64,000 nt of DNA from Trichoplax adhaerens (GCF_000150275.1 NW_002060959.1:432371-496370); one strand, 5' to 3'; positions 12,717 to 25,272 are shown, numbered from the stretch's first letter. Notes: generated by a model not told the origin, from the letters alone. Made by a program: numbers and translations.

Positions 12717-15700
12717 TCAGGACTGTACATCATCAAAGTAATTATGGTAATCAGTTTTATGTGATTTCTCATACATCTTGTGAGCTTGTTCATGCTTCCC
12801 TTGATCATCATAGACCTTTCTAATATTTTCATATGAATTACCAATATCAGGATGATTGTGATCCAAAGCCAATAATTGAATTTTGAGCGATTTTTGGTAC
12901 ATAGAAAGAGCTTCATCAAACTTGCCTTGGTTTCTATACACCGCTCCCATATTTTTATAAGATCCAGCAATGTCGGGATGATTTCGATCTAAGGCTGATA
13001 GCTGAATTTTAAGTGATTTCTCATGCATTATAAGAGCCTCTTCATATTTGCCCTGATCAGAATAGCCCTTGCCAATGTTGTTATATAATGCAGCAACATC
13101 ACGATAATTGTAGCCAGGGATCGACAATCGAATTTTGAGTGATTGCTCGAACGTAGAAATTGCATCTTCATAGTGGCCTTGATCATAGTATACCGTTCCA
13201 ATGTTGTTATATAATTCGGCCACATCGGGATGATTATTACCAAGAACTGATAACCGGATTTCTAATGACTTCTTATACATAGAAATTGCTTCATCATGCT
13301 TACCTTGAGCACTATATGCGTCTCCAATATTGTTATAAGATTGCGCATTATTGAATTGATTTTGTTCAAGCATTGATAATTCAATTTTGAGCGATTTCTC
13401 ATACATAGATATAGCCTCTTCCTTTTTACTCTGAAGATTGTACATTGCTCCAATACTGTTATAGGACTTGGCGACATCTGAATGATCATGACCAAGGACT
13501 GATATTTGTATTTCAAGTGACCTCTTAAGCATAGAAATAGCTTCATCGTACTTGCCTTGATCGCCATAGGCATTTCCCATATCGTTATATAATTTAGCAA
13601 CATCAGAATGATTGTGACTAAGGACTGATAATCGAATCTTCAGTGATTTCTCATACATACAAATTGCCTCATCATACTTGCCGTTATTTCTATGCGCGAT
13701 GCCCATGTTATTATATGATGTAGCCACATCGGGATGATTGTGACCAAGAACTGATAATTGAATTTTGAGCGATTTGGCAAACAGAGAAAGCGCCTCATCA
13801 AATTTTCCCTGATTATTGTATGCAACGCCTATATTAATGTATGATATAGCAATCTCAGGATGATTGCAATCGAGGGTTGATAATTTAATTTTGAGAGACT
13901 TTTTGTGCATAGTAAGAGCCTCTTGATGGTTGCCCTGGTGATCATAAATTTCTCCAATGTTGTTATAGAGTCCAGCAATCTCCAAATGATCGTTACCATG
14001 AATTGATAACTGAATTTGGAGTGAGTTCTTATACATAGAAATAGCTTCTTCATATTTGCCTTGATGACTATAAACATTTCCCATGGCCATATAAGAATGA
14101 GCTACTTGGGAATGATTATGACCAACGAGTGATAATTTCATCTTGAGTGATTTATCATGCATAGAAATGGCCTCTTGGTGTTTGCCTTGACGACTATAGG
14201 CTTGTCCCATACTTTGATATATTGAAGCGATTTCGATGTGATCACCATCAAAGACTAATAATTGAATTTTAAGAGATTTCTTATACATAGCAATAGCCTC
14301 ATTATACTTACTTTGCTGAAAATAGACCTGTCCGATGCTTGCATAGGATGCCGCAACATCACGATGATTGTGACCAAGAATAGATAATTGAACTTCAATC
14401 GATTTTTCGTATTGGCAAATAGCTTCTTCATACTTGCATTGATTCTTATACACTAATCCAATATTGTTATATGAATTAGCAACACTAGGATGGTTATAAC
14501 CAAAGACTGATAAATGAATATGGAGAGACTTTTCATACATGGATAGAGCCTCATCATATTTGCCTTGAATGCAATGGATATGACCGATGGATCCATAGGA
14601 TTTTGCAACATGAGGATGATTGTGACCAAGAGCTGATATCTGAATTGACAGCGATTTCTCATGCATGGAGAGAGCCTCTTTATATTTTCCTTGATGATAA
14701 TAGGCAATACCTATGTTCGTATATACATAAGTAATATCGGGATGATTGTGGCCAAGGAGGGACACTTGAATTTTGAGCGATTTTTCATACATGGAAATTG
14801 CCTCGTTGTATTTCCCCAAATCACTATAGATAGCGGCTATATTAACGTATGATTTAGCAATCTCTCGATGATTATGGCCAAAAATAGATAATTTAATTTG
14901 GAGTGCCTTTTCAGTCATGTTAATAGCATCTTGATGTTTACTCTGCATATAATATACAGCTCCAATATCATTATAAGATTGGGCAATATCAAGATGATCG
15001 TGGTCAAGGACTAATAATCGAATTTTAAGCGACTTCTCAAGCAAAGAAAGAGCCTCATCATACTTACCCTGATGGATATACACAGCCGCTATATTGTTAT
15101 AGGACGAGGCAACATCGATATGATTTGGGCCAAAAACAGATAGTTGAATATGTAGTGATTTCTCGTATAAGGAAAGAGCCTCATCAGGCTTGCCTTGTTT
15201 CCTATGTACATTTCCCATGTTGTAATATAACGCAGCAACACCTGGATGATCGTGACCAAGATGCAATAATTTAATTTTGAGTGATTTCTCAAACATAGAA
15301 AGAGCCTCATCATACTTTCCCTGATTACTGTACACAGATCCCATGTTGCTGTAGCATGTAGCAATATTGGGATGATTATGGCAAAGAACTAAGAACATTA
15401 TTTGAAGTGCTTTGTCATACATACAAATAGCCTCATCATGCTTGCTTTGAGCACTAAATATAGATGCGATATTATGATAGGAATTGGCAACATGGAGATG
15501 ATTGTGACCGAGAGCTGATAATCGAATTTCTAGCGACTTTTCATATATAGAAAGAGCTTCAATATGTTTGCCTTGATCAAAATGTATCGTTGCAATATTG
15601 TCATATGATTGAGCAACATCAGGATGATTATCGTCAAGGACTAATAGTCGAATTTCGAGCGACTTTTGATACATAGAGATCGCTTCTTCGTGCTTTCCCT

Positions 15701-16790
15701 GGCCGCTATAGACCATTCCCAAGTTATTATATGTTTTGGCAACGTCAGGATGATTGTAGCCAAGGGCTGCTAATCGAATTTTTAGCGATTTCTCATGCAC
15801 AGTTAGAGCCTCATCGTACTTTCCTTGATCACAATATGCAATTCCCATGTTTGTATAGGAGGTTGCAACATCTGCATGATCGGGACTATGAACTGATAAT
15901 CGAATTTGCAGTGAGTTTTGATGCATACTAACGGCCTCTTCATGCTTCCCTTGATCATTACAAACTATTCCTAAGTTATTATATGAATGAGCGACATCAG
16001 AATGATTGCGACCAAAAACTGATAGTCGAATTTTTAGCGACTTCTCATACATTGAAATAGCTTCATCGAACTTGCTTTGATTTCTATACACAGTACCAAT
16101 ATTACTATATGATGTGGCAACATCGGGATGATTATGTCCAAGAGCTGAAAGTCGAATTTGAAGCGATTTTTCATGCATCCTGTAAGCCTCTTCATACTTG
16201 CTCTGATCATGATAAATGCTCCCAATGTTGTAATAAGATTGTGCAACATTAAGATGATTGTGACCGAGAACTGATAACTGAATTTTGACTAACTTCTCAA
16301 ATATAGAGAGAGCCTCATTGCGTCTACCTAAGGCTTGATAAACAACCCCGATCTGATTATACGAATTGCTAATACTTTTATTATCCTTGTCCGAACAATT
16401 CAATTTCATATCCAGCGATTCCATATAATCTTTTAAAGCTCCATCCCAGTCTCGCTGTGATCGTTTTATGTTGCCTTGTCTATCTAAACATTGAGTAATC
16501 AGAATCACTTCCTGGATCTTTTCCGCTACTTTTTGTGCATTTTTATTGAATTTTGCTGCTTCCATCCATTCAGTTCGCTTCATACAGACGTCAGCAGTAA
16601 GAAAATAAACATTGTATCTGAATCGATCTTCAATAGTAGTATCATCGACTACCGCCTGAATTTTATCTAACACTTGTGTATAATAGGACATCGCTTCGTT
16701 AAGATTGCCCGATTGATGATTTTCTACACCCTCTCGGTAAAGAGATTTTACATATTCAGGTATAAGAAACTTGGCCAATGGATTATCCAT
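12717..16790 (-). CDS. Intronless TPR protein, 1357 aa, about 29-30 highly regular 42-aa (126-bp) repeats
   Basis: Uninterrupted ORF with consensus HPDVA.SY.NIG.VY..QGKY.EAISMYEKSL.I.LS.LG.N after a ~95-aa N-terminal cap. Confidence 0.95.
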   Translation of the reverse strand: MDNPLAKFLIPEYVKSLYREGVENHQSGNLNEAMSYYTQVLDKIQAVVDDTTIEDRFRYNVYFLTADVCMKRTEWMEAAKFNKNAQKVAEKIQEVILITQCLDRQGNIKRSQRDWDGALKDYMESLDMKLNCSDKDNKSISNSYNQIGVVYQALGRRNEALSIFEKLVKIQLSVLGHNHLNVAQSYYNIGSIYHDQSKYEEAYRMHEKSLQIRLSALGHNHPDVATSYSNIGTVYRNQSKFDEAISMYEKSLKIRLSVFGRNHSDVAHSYNNLGIVCNDQGKHEEAVSMHQNSLQIRLSVHSPDHADVATSYTNMGIAYCDQGKYDEALTVHEKSLKIRLAALGYNHPDVAKTYNNLGMVYSGQGKHEEAISMYQKSLEIRLLVLDDNHPDVAQSYDNIATIHFDQGKHIEALSIYEKSLEIRLSALGHNHLHVANSYHNIASIFSAQSKHDEAICMYDKALQIMFLVLCHNHPNIATCYSNMGSVYSNQGKYDEALSMFEKSLKIKLLHLGHDHPGVAALYYNMGNVHRKQGKPDEALSLYEKSLHIQLSVFGPNHIDVASSYNNIAAVYIHQGKYDEALSLLEKSLKIRLLVLDHDHLDIAQSYNDIGAVYYMQSKHQDAINMTEKALQIKLSIFGHNHREIAKSYVNIAAIYSDLGKYNEAISMYEKSLKIQVSLLGHNHPDITYVYTNIGIAYYHQGKYKEALSMHEKSLSIQISALGHNHPHVAKSYGSIGHIHCIQGKYDEALSMYEKSLHIHLSVFGYNHPSVANSYNNIGLVYKNQCKYEEAICQYEKSIEVQLSILGHNHRDVAASYASIGQVYFQQSKYNEAIAMYKKSLKIQLLVFDGDHIEIASIYQSMGQAYSRQGKHQEAISMHDKSLKMKLSLVGHNHSQVAHSYMAMGNVYSHQGKYEEAISMYKNSLQIQLSIHGNDHLEIAGLYNNIGEIYDHQGNHQEALTMHKKSLKIKLSTLDCNHPEIAISYINIGVAYNNQGKFDEALSLFAKSLKIQLSVLGHNHPDVATSYNNMGIAHRNNGKYDEAICMYEKSLKIRLSVLSHNHSDVAKLYNDMGNAYGDQGKYDEAISMLKRSLEIQISVLGHDHSDVAKSYNSIGAMYNLQSKKEEAISMYEKSLKIELSMLEQNQFNNAQSYNNIGDAYSAQGKHDEAISMYKKSLEIRLSVLGNNHPDVAELYNNIGTVYYDQGHYEDAISTFEQSLKIRLSIPGYNYRDVAALYNNIGKGYSDQGKYEEALIMHEKSLKIQLSALDRNHPDIAGSYKNMGAVYRNQGKFDEALSMYQKSLKIQLLALDHNHPDIGNSYENIRKVYDDQGKHEQAHKMYEKSHKTDYHNYFDDVQS

Positions 16791-17889
16791 GACTCCAAAT
16801 CGGAAGAAGTTGATAAATGTGGGGTTAAAATAGTATTAAGTGAATCAAGGATTTAAACTGTAACTTCTATGGGAGTAAGGTGAAAATGCGCCTGTCCTGG
16901 TACAAAATAAATGGCTTCTATCTACGTTACGAAAATTAATTAGCCTGATCATCGCTTAAAGACTGTACCATATGGACTGTACAAATATAACAACTGTTGG
17001 CTCTATGCCTATGACAGCAGTAATTTATCTATTTCCTTGTTAGATTCTATCAGTGATCGGATCAAAGGAATGCAATCTCAATTATACACTAGCTTACAAT
17101 TAACATAATGTGAATAGAATAATAAAGAAAAATTTGCATACCACTATGCATACTTGCTGTAAATTAAAAGGCTACATGTCAATTCTTATTCCATCCATTG
17201 CTACTAAAAATGTCACGATAATTTCCATCATTATCTTATTTTATTATTGGACAAGCCAAAAAATAGATGAAATACTTGGACTTTCAACTAGTAAATTTAA
17301 ATTAAATAATTCATGATAATCTAGAACGTTCATTACTACTGTCATAGTTTCGTCTTATAACGCTTCATTTAAAGCAAAGTTTCGCATACTAATGATCTCA
17401 GAGATATAAACGCTGTAGATAATATTATGTATGAGTATGATTATTTCTTTATTAGAAAAAATTGTGCCTCCAAATAATTGATAAATTAGCATACAGGTTG
17501 AGTAGTGTCCATTTATTTAATTATCGTAAAATGTAGCAAATATTGCATCATACTCTACTTATTGTACATTGATACAGGCAGAAAATAAAATTAAGAATTC
17601 TTCTTGGTAGAGACTTTTGAATCTAAAATTGACAGCTTTTTAATCTTAATGTAACAGAAGTAATTGTTACATTTCGTGATATGAGAAGTATTTAAAGTTA
17701 AATTTATAGCTTTATCGACGTAGTCAATGTCCATGATCATTTTAATAAAGATTTATAATACAATTTAATGAAACTGTCGTATTGAATGGTAGTTATACTG
17801 CATGCTAGCTAATGATAGCAACTTTATCATACAATTATCACAATATCTAATATCGAATAGCTATCATTGACTTCAAATTTTAAAATTTC

Positions 17890-18475
17890 CAGCGTTCCTT
17901 GTTATAGTTCTGAGCAATATCAGGATAAGGATGGCCTAACACTTGTAATTAAATTCTCAGTGATTTTTCATATATGGAAAGAGCTTCTACATGCTTCTTC
18001 TGCTCTACATAAGCAGCTCCCAAATTGTTATAGCTAGGAAAAGTCAGGATGATGGTAGCCAAGAGTCAATAACTGAATCTTACGCGACTTTTCATACATT
18101 AAAATAGCTTTGTCGTATTTGCCTTGATTATGGTAGATCTTTCCAATGTTGTTATAAGATTGTACGACTTCGAGATGATTATGGCCAAGAACAGAAAATT
18201 TAATATCGAGTGATTTCTCATAAATGGAATAGCTTCTTCATGCTTGTTCTGATTCTTATATGCATCTCCGATTTTCTCGTACAATTCTGTAACGTCGAGG
18301 TGATTATGGCCAAGCGCAGATAATTTGATTTTGAGTGATTTTTTATCGGTAGAAATAGCCTCTCCACGTTTAATTAGATTCTTATACCCATCTTCCATGT
18401 TCTCAAGTAATTTGGCAATGTTGAGATGATTACCACTAGGAACTGATAATTGAATCTTGAGTGATTTCTCATAGG
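17890..18475 (-). pseudogene. Frameshifted fragment (about 4-5 units) of the 126-bp TPR family
   Basis: KKSLKIKLSALGHNHLDVTELYEKIGDAYKNQNKHEEAI followed by a frameshift; more gatttctcata / gatgattatggccaag unit motifs with stops. Confidence 0.85.
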
Positions 18476-18583
18476 TACAGTAGAGAGAGCCTCATTATAT
18501 ACTGTATATCTGAGGCTGCTAAAATAACTCAGAACAGCAACGGTTCATTTTGATCATGTCATAGTCCAAGCATTCATTTTAAT

Positions 18584-18810
18584 GATGTCATAGTGCGCAA
18601 AGAAAAATAGAATGGAAATAGCATAATAAATTACATATAAGAATTTAAGGAAAATTAGTACAAGGGTTTATTTTGATGATGCCATAGTGCACATATTTAT
18701 TTTCATGCAGGAAAAGGGATGGAAATAGCATACAAACTCCATATAAGAATTTAAGGGAAATATACACTTTACTCCCATTAAATACTGCAAAATTACACAA
18801 TTCCATATAA
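18584..18810. repeat. Degenerate tandem repeat, ~105-bp period
   Basis: gatg(t/c)catagtgc and atggaaatagcata...catataagaatttaagg each occur twice (~18612, ~18719). Confidence 0.6.
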
Positions 18811-19899
18811 AACGATGTTAGTCTTATATAGCCATAATATTTGTAAATGTTATGCCAATTAATGTGATAACACAGTAGAGTATGTGTCATTTCCATTAAA
18901 ATATACTTTGTTATTAATTATGATCATAATTAATGTTTTCATCATAAATAATTTTCGAAATTAAAATAAGTGAGCTATCGATTTGAACTAATATTAAAAT
19001 TTTAATATTGCATTATTTCAACTCAAGTTGATTGTATTCATTTGACCCTTTCAGCAGTTATTTGAATGATATTTCGGCTAAAACTGGCCGATCTTCGCTC
19101 TTAAAATAGTATAAAAATTTAATTTTTGTTTCTATTTACTTCCAAATAATCTTGAATTTTGTGCTGCAATCATGGAACCATCTTAACCGATAATCTAATA
19201 TCTAGCAAAGCTTAAGCTTAGCTAGATTAGGTGTGTTTATAACCCTGAAGGGAGTGAATAGGCTTTGATTCCGAATTCAATAGAGATTCATGATTTCACC
19301 TTGACCTCTTTCCATCATGCGATCTAGCGCATAGATTATTCTACTGGAAGAGAATGCTATAAAAAAGTAAGCAAGCCATAGTGAGCCCTGGATAAAAGTA
19401 ATCTTGCATAAAATGATATATAGGTAAAGCCTGATTATTTTTCCTCTCGATATTAAAAGAATTTTAAGGTCTTCTGTGGAGGCGATTTCCAATTATACTG
19501 TCGGGTATCAAGTTATCGAAAGATCTTGGAGATTATCAGCTAGAATTTATCCTATTCGCCCTTGTGATCTAGATTATCTGACTTCTTCTCTCCATCATCA
19601 TCCAAATCTCTGAAAATCAAGGCAGTCAACGCTACCTACTTCAGTTAATGACTACTAGGGTAGATCTAACTTTGATACCACTAATTTTCTCTCACTCTCT
19701 CCCTTACTATTTCTTGGTATCAGTGTCTCTAAAATCTTTACACGATCATTTCATCTAGTAATGACATCAACTCTTGCTCTCTCTATAAATTAACATCGCT
19801 AAAGTTAAGTTCTTCATCAATATTAAGTGAAATAGTCTATCCATTTATGTCATCTTGTACACTTTGATACTTCTAATTTCAAAAACAAACCAAGTGAAA

Positions 19900-22017
19900 A
19901 TGGCCGAACATACTATCGACTACCCAAAATCGACAATCGATAAAATTAAATCCATTCATAAAGCTGGCTTAAAAGAACATTATATTGGATTGTCTCAAAA
20001 AGCTCTAAACAACTATAACAGAGCAATAAAGTTAATTGATGAGCTAAAAAATCAAGATTCCATTCAAACTGAGCTCTTATTTGATATCTATCTGGATATT
20101 TCAGCGGTTTATTGTTCACAGGAAGAATATTCATTGGCAACAGATTACGTAGATCAAGCACGTCAATTAGCTGAAAAATTATTTGATCAGCTTCGAATCG
20201 CTAAATGCGTAGACAATTATGGATGTATTAAGTTAGGCAGGTGTATGTATGACGATGCATTGCAAGATTTCAATCAAGCTTTGCGGGTAAAATTGGATAT
20301 TTTGGGTGATCATAATCTCGATATTGCTACAACATATCATAACATGGGAGATGCTTACTATTTTCGAAAGGAAAAAGAACAGGGGGTAAAGATGTATGAA
20401 AAAGCTCTAAAAATACGGCAAGAAATATTAGGAAATAAGTCTTTAGAAGTTGCAGATTTATATGAAGATATAGGACTGGCACTTTTTGATGCCAAAGAAC
20501 CCGATACTGAAGACCGCGTTTTGCCTTTATTTCAACAAAATTTAGATATTCGATTAGAAGTTTTAGGAAATCACAATAACGCCATCGCAAGATCTTATCA
20601 TAACTTTGCTTGGATGTACTATAAGCTAGGCCGTTATGAAAAGGCTATACCGATGTATCAAAAGAGTCTCGCTATCAAACTAGAAATATTAGGAAATAAG
20701 CATTTAGATGTTTCTCATATCTACAACATGCTTGGCACAATCTACTATAATCAATCCGAGTATGATCAAGCAATAGCAATGTTGCAAGAATATTTAAAAT
20801 CAGAGCAAGACAATGATGAAACTGATGTCAAGAAAATGAATGCAGTCTGCTACAAGTTAGGAATCTCTTATGCAAAATTAAATCAGTATGATAAAGCTAT
20901 AACAACATTACAAAAATGCTGCCATTCTAAGCAAGAATTGTTGGGCAAAAGTAATTTGGAGGTTGCAAATTTATTATATGAAATTGCCACTGCTTACTGG
21001 AATAAAGATGATTATGATCTGGCCAGATCCACCTATCAAGATTGCTTAACTATTAAATTAGATATCATTGGAAAGAAGGATGCCGAAATCGCTAATCTTT
21101 ATTATCGTATAGGAAATACTTACTATCTGCAATCTAAACGTGATGATGCGTTAAAAATGTACCAGGAATGCTTTACTATTCAGCAAGAGGTATTGAATGA
21201 TGATGATCTAGAAATTGCAGAAACGTATAAGTGTATAGGACGTATCTATGCTGAGCAATTACATTACGAAGATGCTATTTTAATGCATCGAAAATGTTTA
21301 GATATTCAATTAAAAAAGTTGGAGGGTGATAATGAAAATATAGCAATAACATACGAAAATATGGCTCAATGTTACGATGATATGATGGATTATAAAAATG
21401 CTCTATTTATGTATCAGAATTGTGTAAATATTCAACAAAAACTATTTGGAGAACATAGCTTGCAAGTCTTAAAATCTTATCATCATATGGCTGTCCTGTA
21501 TTTTAAAGGAAAAAATTACAAGGATACACTTTCAACGTTGCAAAAGATGGAAGAATGCTTACAAGAAAATCCCCATGATCAAGAAGCAGCTGACCTATAT
21601 GCTGACTTTGGTCACTATTATACTAGGCTCTCGCAATATGAAAATGCTCTTGAATACTATCAAAAGGGCTTAGCAATTCACCAGAAAATGTCCGATGCCA
21701 ATAAATTACATATTGCAGAATGTTATGAAGATATTGCAAACACCTTTACCAAATTATCCAAATATGATAAAGCAATCGATATGCATCAGAAATGTTTAGC
21801 AATTCGCTTGCAGTCTGCAGAGGACAAACGCAATAATTCAGAAATTATCAAATCCTATAACTCCCTCGTTGAAATTCATACTCAGCAAGAGAATAATGAC
21901 AAAGCTCAAGATATGCAGGAGAAGTGCCTAAATTTTAAGAAGAAAGTAAAAGGAGAGAAGAATTGCAAGGGTATGTATCGCCAACTCATTGTAGCGATCG
22001 AGATGCCAATAGGGTAG
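19900..22017 (+). CDS. TPR protein, paralog of 6249-9149, 705 aa from the first ATG; C-terminally truncated or spliced
   Basis: ATG at 19900 (MAEHTIDY; the ORF-track start at 19855 is TTG). Collinear with the 966-aa protein up to KKVKGEKN, then diverges at a G|GTATGT site (21971). Confidence 0.88.
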   Translation: MAEHTIDYPKSTIDKIKSIHKAGLKEHYIGLSQKALNNYNRAIKLIDELKNQDSIQTELLFDIYLDISAVYCSQEEYSLATDYVDQARQLAEKLFDQLRIAKCVDNYGCIKLGRCMYDDALQDFNQALRVKLDILGDHNLDIATTYHNMGDAYYFRKEKEQGVKMYEKALKIRQEILGNKSLEVADLYEDIGLALFDAKEPDTEDRVLPLFQQNLDIRLEVLGNHNNAIARSYHNFAWMYYKLGRYEKAIPMYQKSLAIKLEILGNKHLDVSHIYNMLGTIYYNQSEYDQAIAMLQEYLKSEQDNDETDVKKMNAVCYKLGISYAKLNQYDKAITTLQKCCHSKQELLGKSNLEVANLLYEIATAYWNKDDYDLARSTYQDCLTIKLDIIGKKDAEIANLYYRIGNTYYLQSKRDDALKMYQECFTIQQEVLNDDDLEIAETYKCIGRIYAEQLHYEDAILMHRKCLDIQLKKLEGDNENIAITYENMAQCYDDMMDYKNALFMYQNCVNIQQKLFGEHSLQVLKSYHHMAVLYFKGKNYKDTLSTLQKMEECLQENPHDQEAADLYADFGHYYTRLSQYENALEYYQKGLAIHQKMSDANKLHIAECYEDIANTFTKLSKYDKAIDMHQKCLAIRLQSAEDKRNNSEIIKSYNSLVEIHTQQENNDKAQDMQEKCLNFKKKVKGEKNCKGMYRQLIVAIEMPIG

Positions 22018-24282
22018 ATATTAATCAACTTGCGTTAATATTCCTTTGACCATCTGGGTTTGATTTACGATAAACTACTAAGATAGCTAAAGAGTGCTTG
22101 TAATTTTTACAAGGTCTGAGACCGCATTTTGTTGCAAGAAAATATATAGATAGTTTCTATTAAATGGAGTAATAGTATTTTTCTAATAGTAAATACCTTT
22201 TTACAGATACTGCAAGGCCTATTAGTTTAGAGATATTTTAGGCTAGCCAGATGACTCAAGAACACCGACAACGGATACAGGAAAATTGATTCTGTTAATT
22301 AATTCTACTTCATAGAAGTATTAGTTATAGCCTATCCAATAGACAGTAAAGAGATAGAAAAAATTTTACAGCACTATTCCATCATAGTTTAAAACTATAA
22401 GCAGCGGATAAAACATTCGCGATTTGTTAACATACTCGTATAAAGAATTTCATATGTTTAATTTTCGTGCAGATTTACTGTTTTTTCGTTATTAAATTAA
22501 TAATAAGTTGAAGGGCGACACTGATCTTAGGTATTTTCCGATATTAGAATACCACATATCCACCAAGGACTTAAAAATTATATAGGCTGATTCAAATCTT
22601 AGTATTTCTTTATCGTTTAGAGAAGATTGCAGATACTCTAGTAGTGACATCATTAGAATCAAAAATGAAATAGATTGAATAAATTGAGAAATAGTTTAGA
22701 CTGATGCTATTGATGTTCTTTTAATTGGAAGATACAGCGAAAATTGCAAGAGCTTTTGTATTAACATTAATGTTCTGCCCTTGTATCAAATAGTTGGTAA
22801 TTAATAAATTATTTAAAATGCTGAAAACACACGGTAGTAATGACCTTAATTTTTAAAGTATAAGATAATTTACTCTAATCAGGTAAGCTCCGTATGCAAA
22901 CAGTAGGACTATTTCATTCTATGTCTATATTTAAAAGTAAAGAAAGAACTTATGAACCTGAATTATTTACTTGTACTTATTATATATCATGCACAGCATC
23001 TAGAATGGTATAGTAGTTCTGGCAGCGACAAAATTGTAAAGGCCCACATTTGAAAATAAGTTTGCATTTACCATTTATTGTATACCTTATTCCAATAAAA
23101 AAATATCCTTAATCTGATTTAGGGATAGTTACTGATACATTCCCATTCTACAGCATAATACTCATATCTCTTTGTAGTCACACAGAGAAGATAAAAAAGC
23201 TCTAATACAGATATGTTGCATCAGATTGATTCTATTAATTATTCGATATGTCATTTAAATTATGAATGGAAATGAACACATAGATACCAAAAACAAGCTG
23301 GCTTAATATCCAATATCTGAAAGTTGTAGGAATTTTGATCAGAATTTCGAAGTCCGTCGAGTAAAATGGATTAAGCTTTTCGAGAACTGATATTAAATCA
23401 ACCTCTTCTACTTTACTGATTGATTCTCATCAATGTTATTACATTCATTTAGCCTATCCAATTTTAGTTTAATATCTTTATTCCATCGCAGGCTAAACAT
23501 AAGTTCGAATTATTTTATCATTCATCCTTGAACAACTCATTACTAACTAGGATGTACAGATAGAAAGAAGTAAGATACACTTCATTTTATCTATCCGCAG
23601 GTTCAGCAGGACAGAGCATGCAGAGTTGAAGTAGAATATAGATTTAATCCAATATGCATTATTAATACCTACGAATATAGACGTAGATTTCATTGCTTAT
23701 TTATAACAAGCCAATCATTTATTCTACAGCATACGAATTTTCCATCATTCTTGACATTGCTAGTAGTAAGCATTCACATTTCTGTACTGTACATTCAACG
23801 CTTCTATCCTTTGGTAAAAAAGATCGAGTGAGGAAGTATCGGCCGAGAGCAAATAGGGACTCATTATCATATGAATGATTTCTACCCTTATATAGCTTTT
23901 CATCACAGCACATGATATTATCGTCATTAATTACATTATGAATCAAATCATGAATAATTCATTTTATAGAATTTCCATGTTGGCATTATTCCAAATAAGT
24001 TATGTAGAATAGAATCCGGTCTGTGCTTCTGTGTTAGCTATAAATAGGAGATCGATTTTGGATACAGAGTAGTACAGGTCCAAGTCCTAAACTAAGAGCA
24101 GTAAATAATAAAAGCTTGCTTGGACGAATTTGAGCTCATTTTCAAATCTCTTCGCATCGATCTATTTGATTTTTAATTAAAATTGATACTCTTACAATTA
24201 GAATACAACACCATATTGCTATCAATTATCTAAATCTACTCGTACTACTATTGAAATTATTAATCTAAAGAGATCGTTAAAG

Positions 24283-25068
24283 ATGTCAGCTGCAGCTAAT
24301 CAGTTGCAAGATTCCACTAAAGATTGTCAATCAGTTGATGAAGAATTTACATCCAAAGTTGAATCATACAAGGAAGAAGCCGAAAAAGCCAAAAATGAAG
24401 GAAAATTCAACGAAGAAATTGCCTGCTATGAAAAGATTCTAACGATGATTGATGAAGCGACAGTTAATGATCCTACGTTACCTGATTTAAAATGTGAAAC
24501 TTACTTACTCATGGCAGCTAGATATCGAAATCGTCGACAATTTGCAGCAGCACTGGAATACTGCGATAAAACTGAACAAATTGCTGAAAGAACAAGCATT
24601 AAAATTCGTATCTCTGAAGCTTATGATTGTCGAGGCTCTATCTTATGTGAAGAAGGGTCGCTTGATGCAGCAGTAGATGCATTTCATAAAGCTGAGAAAT
24701 TGAAAAAGGAATTTATGTCCGAAGATGATCCACGTGTTGCTCAAACTTATGATGGATTAGGGTGGACTTATCGACAACAAGGAAAATTGCAACTAGCCAT
24801 CGATACTTATAAGAAAGCTCTGAAAATAAGACTGGAGGCTGGCTCCAACGGTATGCTCATTGCTGTTATGTATACCTTACTGTCAGACATTTATGCCAAG
24901 CAAGAAAATTATGAAGAAGCTGTCACTGCAGCATTAGAATCACTTAAAATTAAGAAATCACTTTTTGGTGATGACTTTCCAAATAAGCAAGACGAACTTC
25001 GAGATATTGCAGCCTTATACTTTAAATTAGGCAAAGCCAAAGAAGCAATGGAAATATTGTCATCCTAA
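24283..25068 (+). CDS. Short intronless TPR protein, 261 aa (N-cap plus few repeats)
   Basis: CYEKILTMIDE...DP.L.DL.C cap and VAQTYDGLGWTYRQQGKLQLAIDTYKKALKIRL repeat. Confidence 0.88.
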   Translation: MSAAANQLQDSTKDCQSVDEEFTSKVESYKEEAEKAKNEGKFNEEIACYEKILTMIDEATVNDPTLPDLKCETYLLMAARYRNRRQFAAALEYCDKTEQIAERTSIKIRISEAYDCRGSILCEEGSLDAAVDAFHKAEKLKKEFMSEDDPRVAQTYDGLGWTYRQQGKLQLAIDTYKKALKIRLEAGSNGMLIAVMYTLLSDIYAKQENYEEAVTAALESLKIKKSLFGDDFPNKQDELRDIAALYFKLGKAKEAMEILSS

Positions 25069-25272
25069 GAAATCGTAAAATCTGAATTTTCTGAGGTGTA
25101 TGGTACTATGTAACTTTACATTGGTAGAGAAATTATTATTGAAAGGACATTAACCATTTGTATTGAAGCTGCTAGACAAGTTATTATTGTCAATATGTTA
25201 TGTAGAGGTACTGTAAATCAGATATAACTGGAAAATAATACCAAATCTAGAGATGTGGATAATAATTATAAG

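Noticed and set aside
12800-16400. Regular repeats resembling a CRISPR array
   Set aside because: In-frame coding repeats in a eukaryote; no repeat-spacer structure or cas genes.
12629-16856. Many 60-113-aa ORFs overlapping the 1357-aa TPR gene
   Set aside because: Shadow frames of the 126-bp repeat; no independent coding signal.
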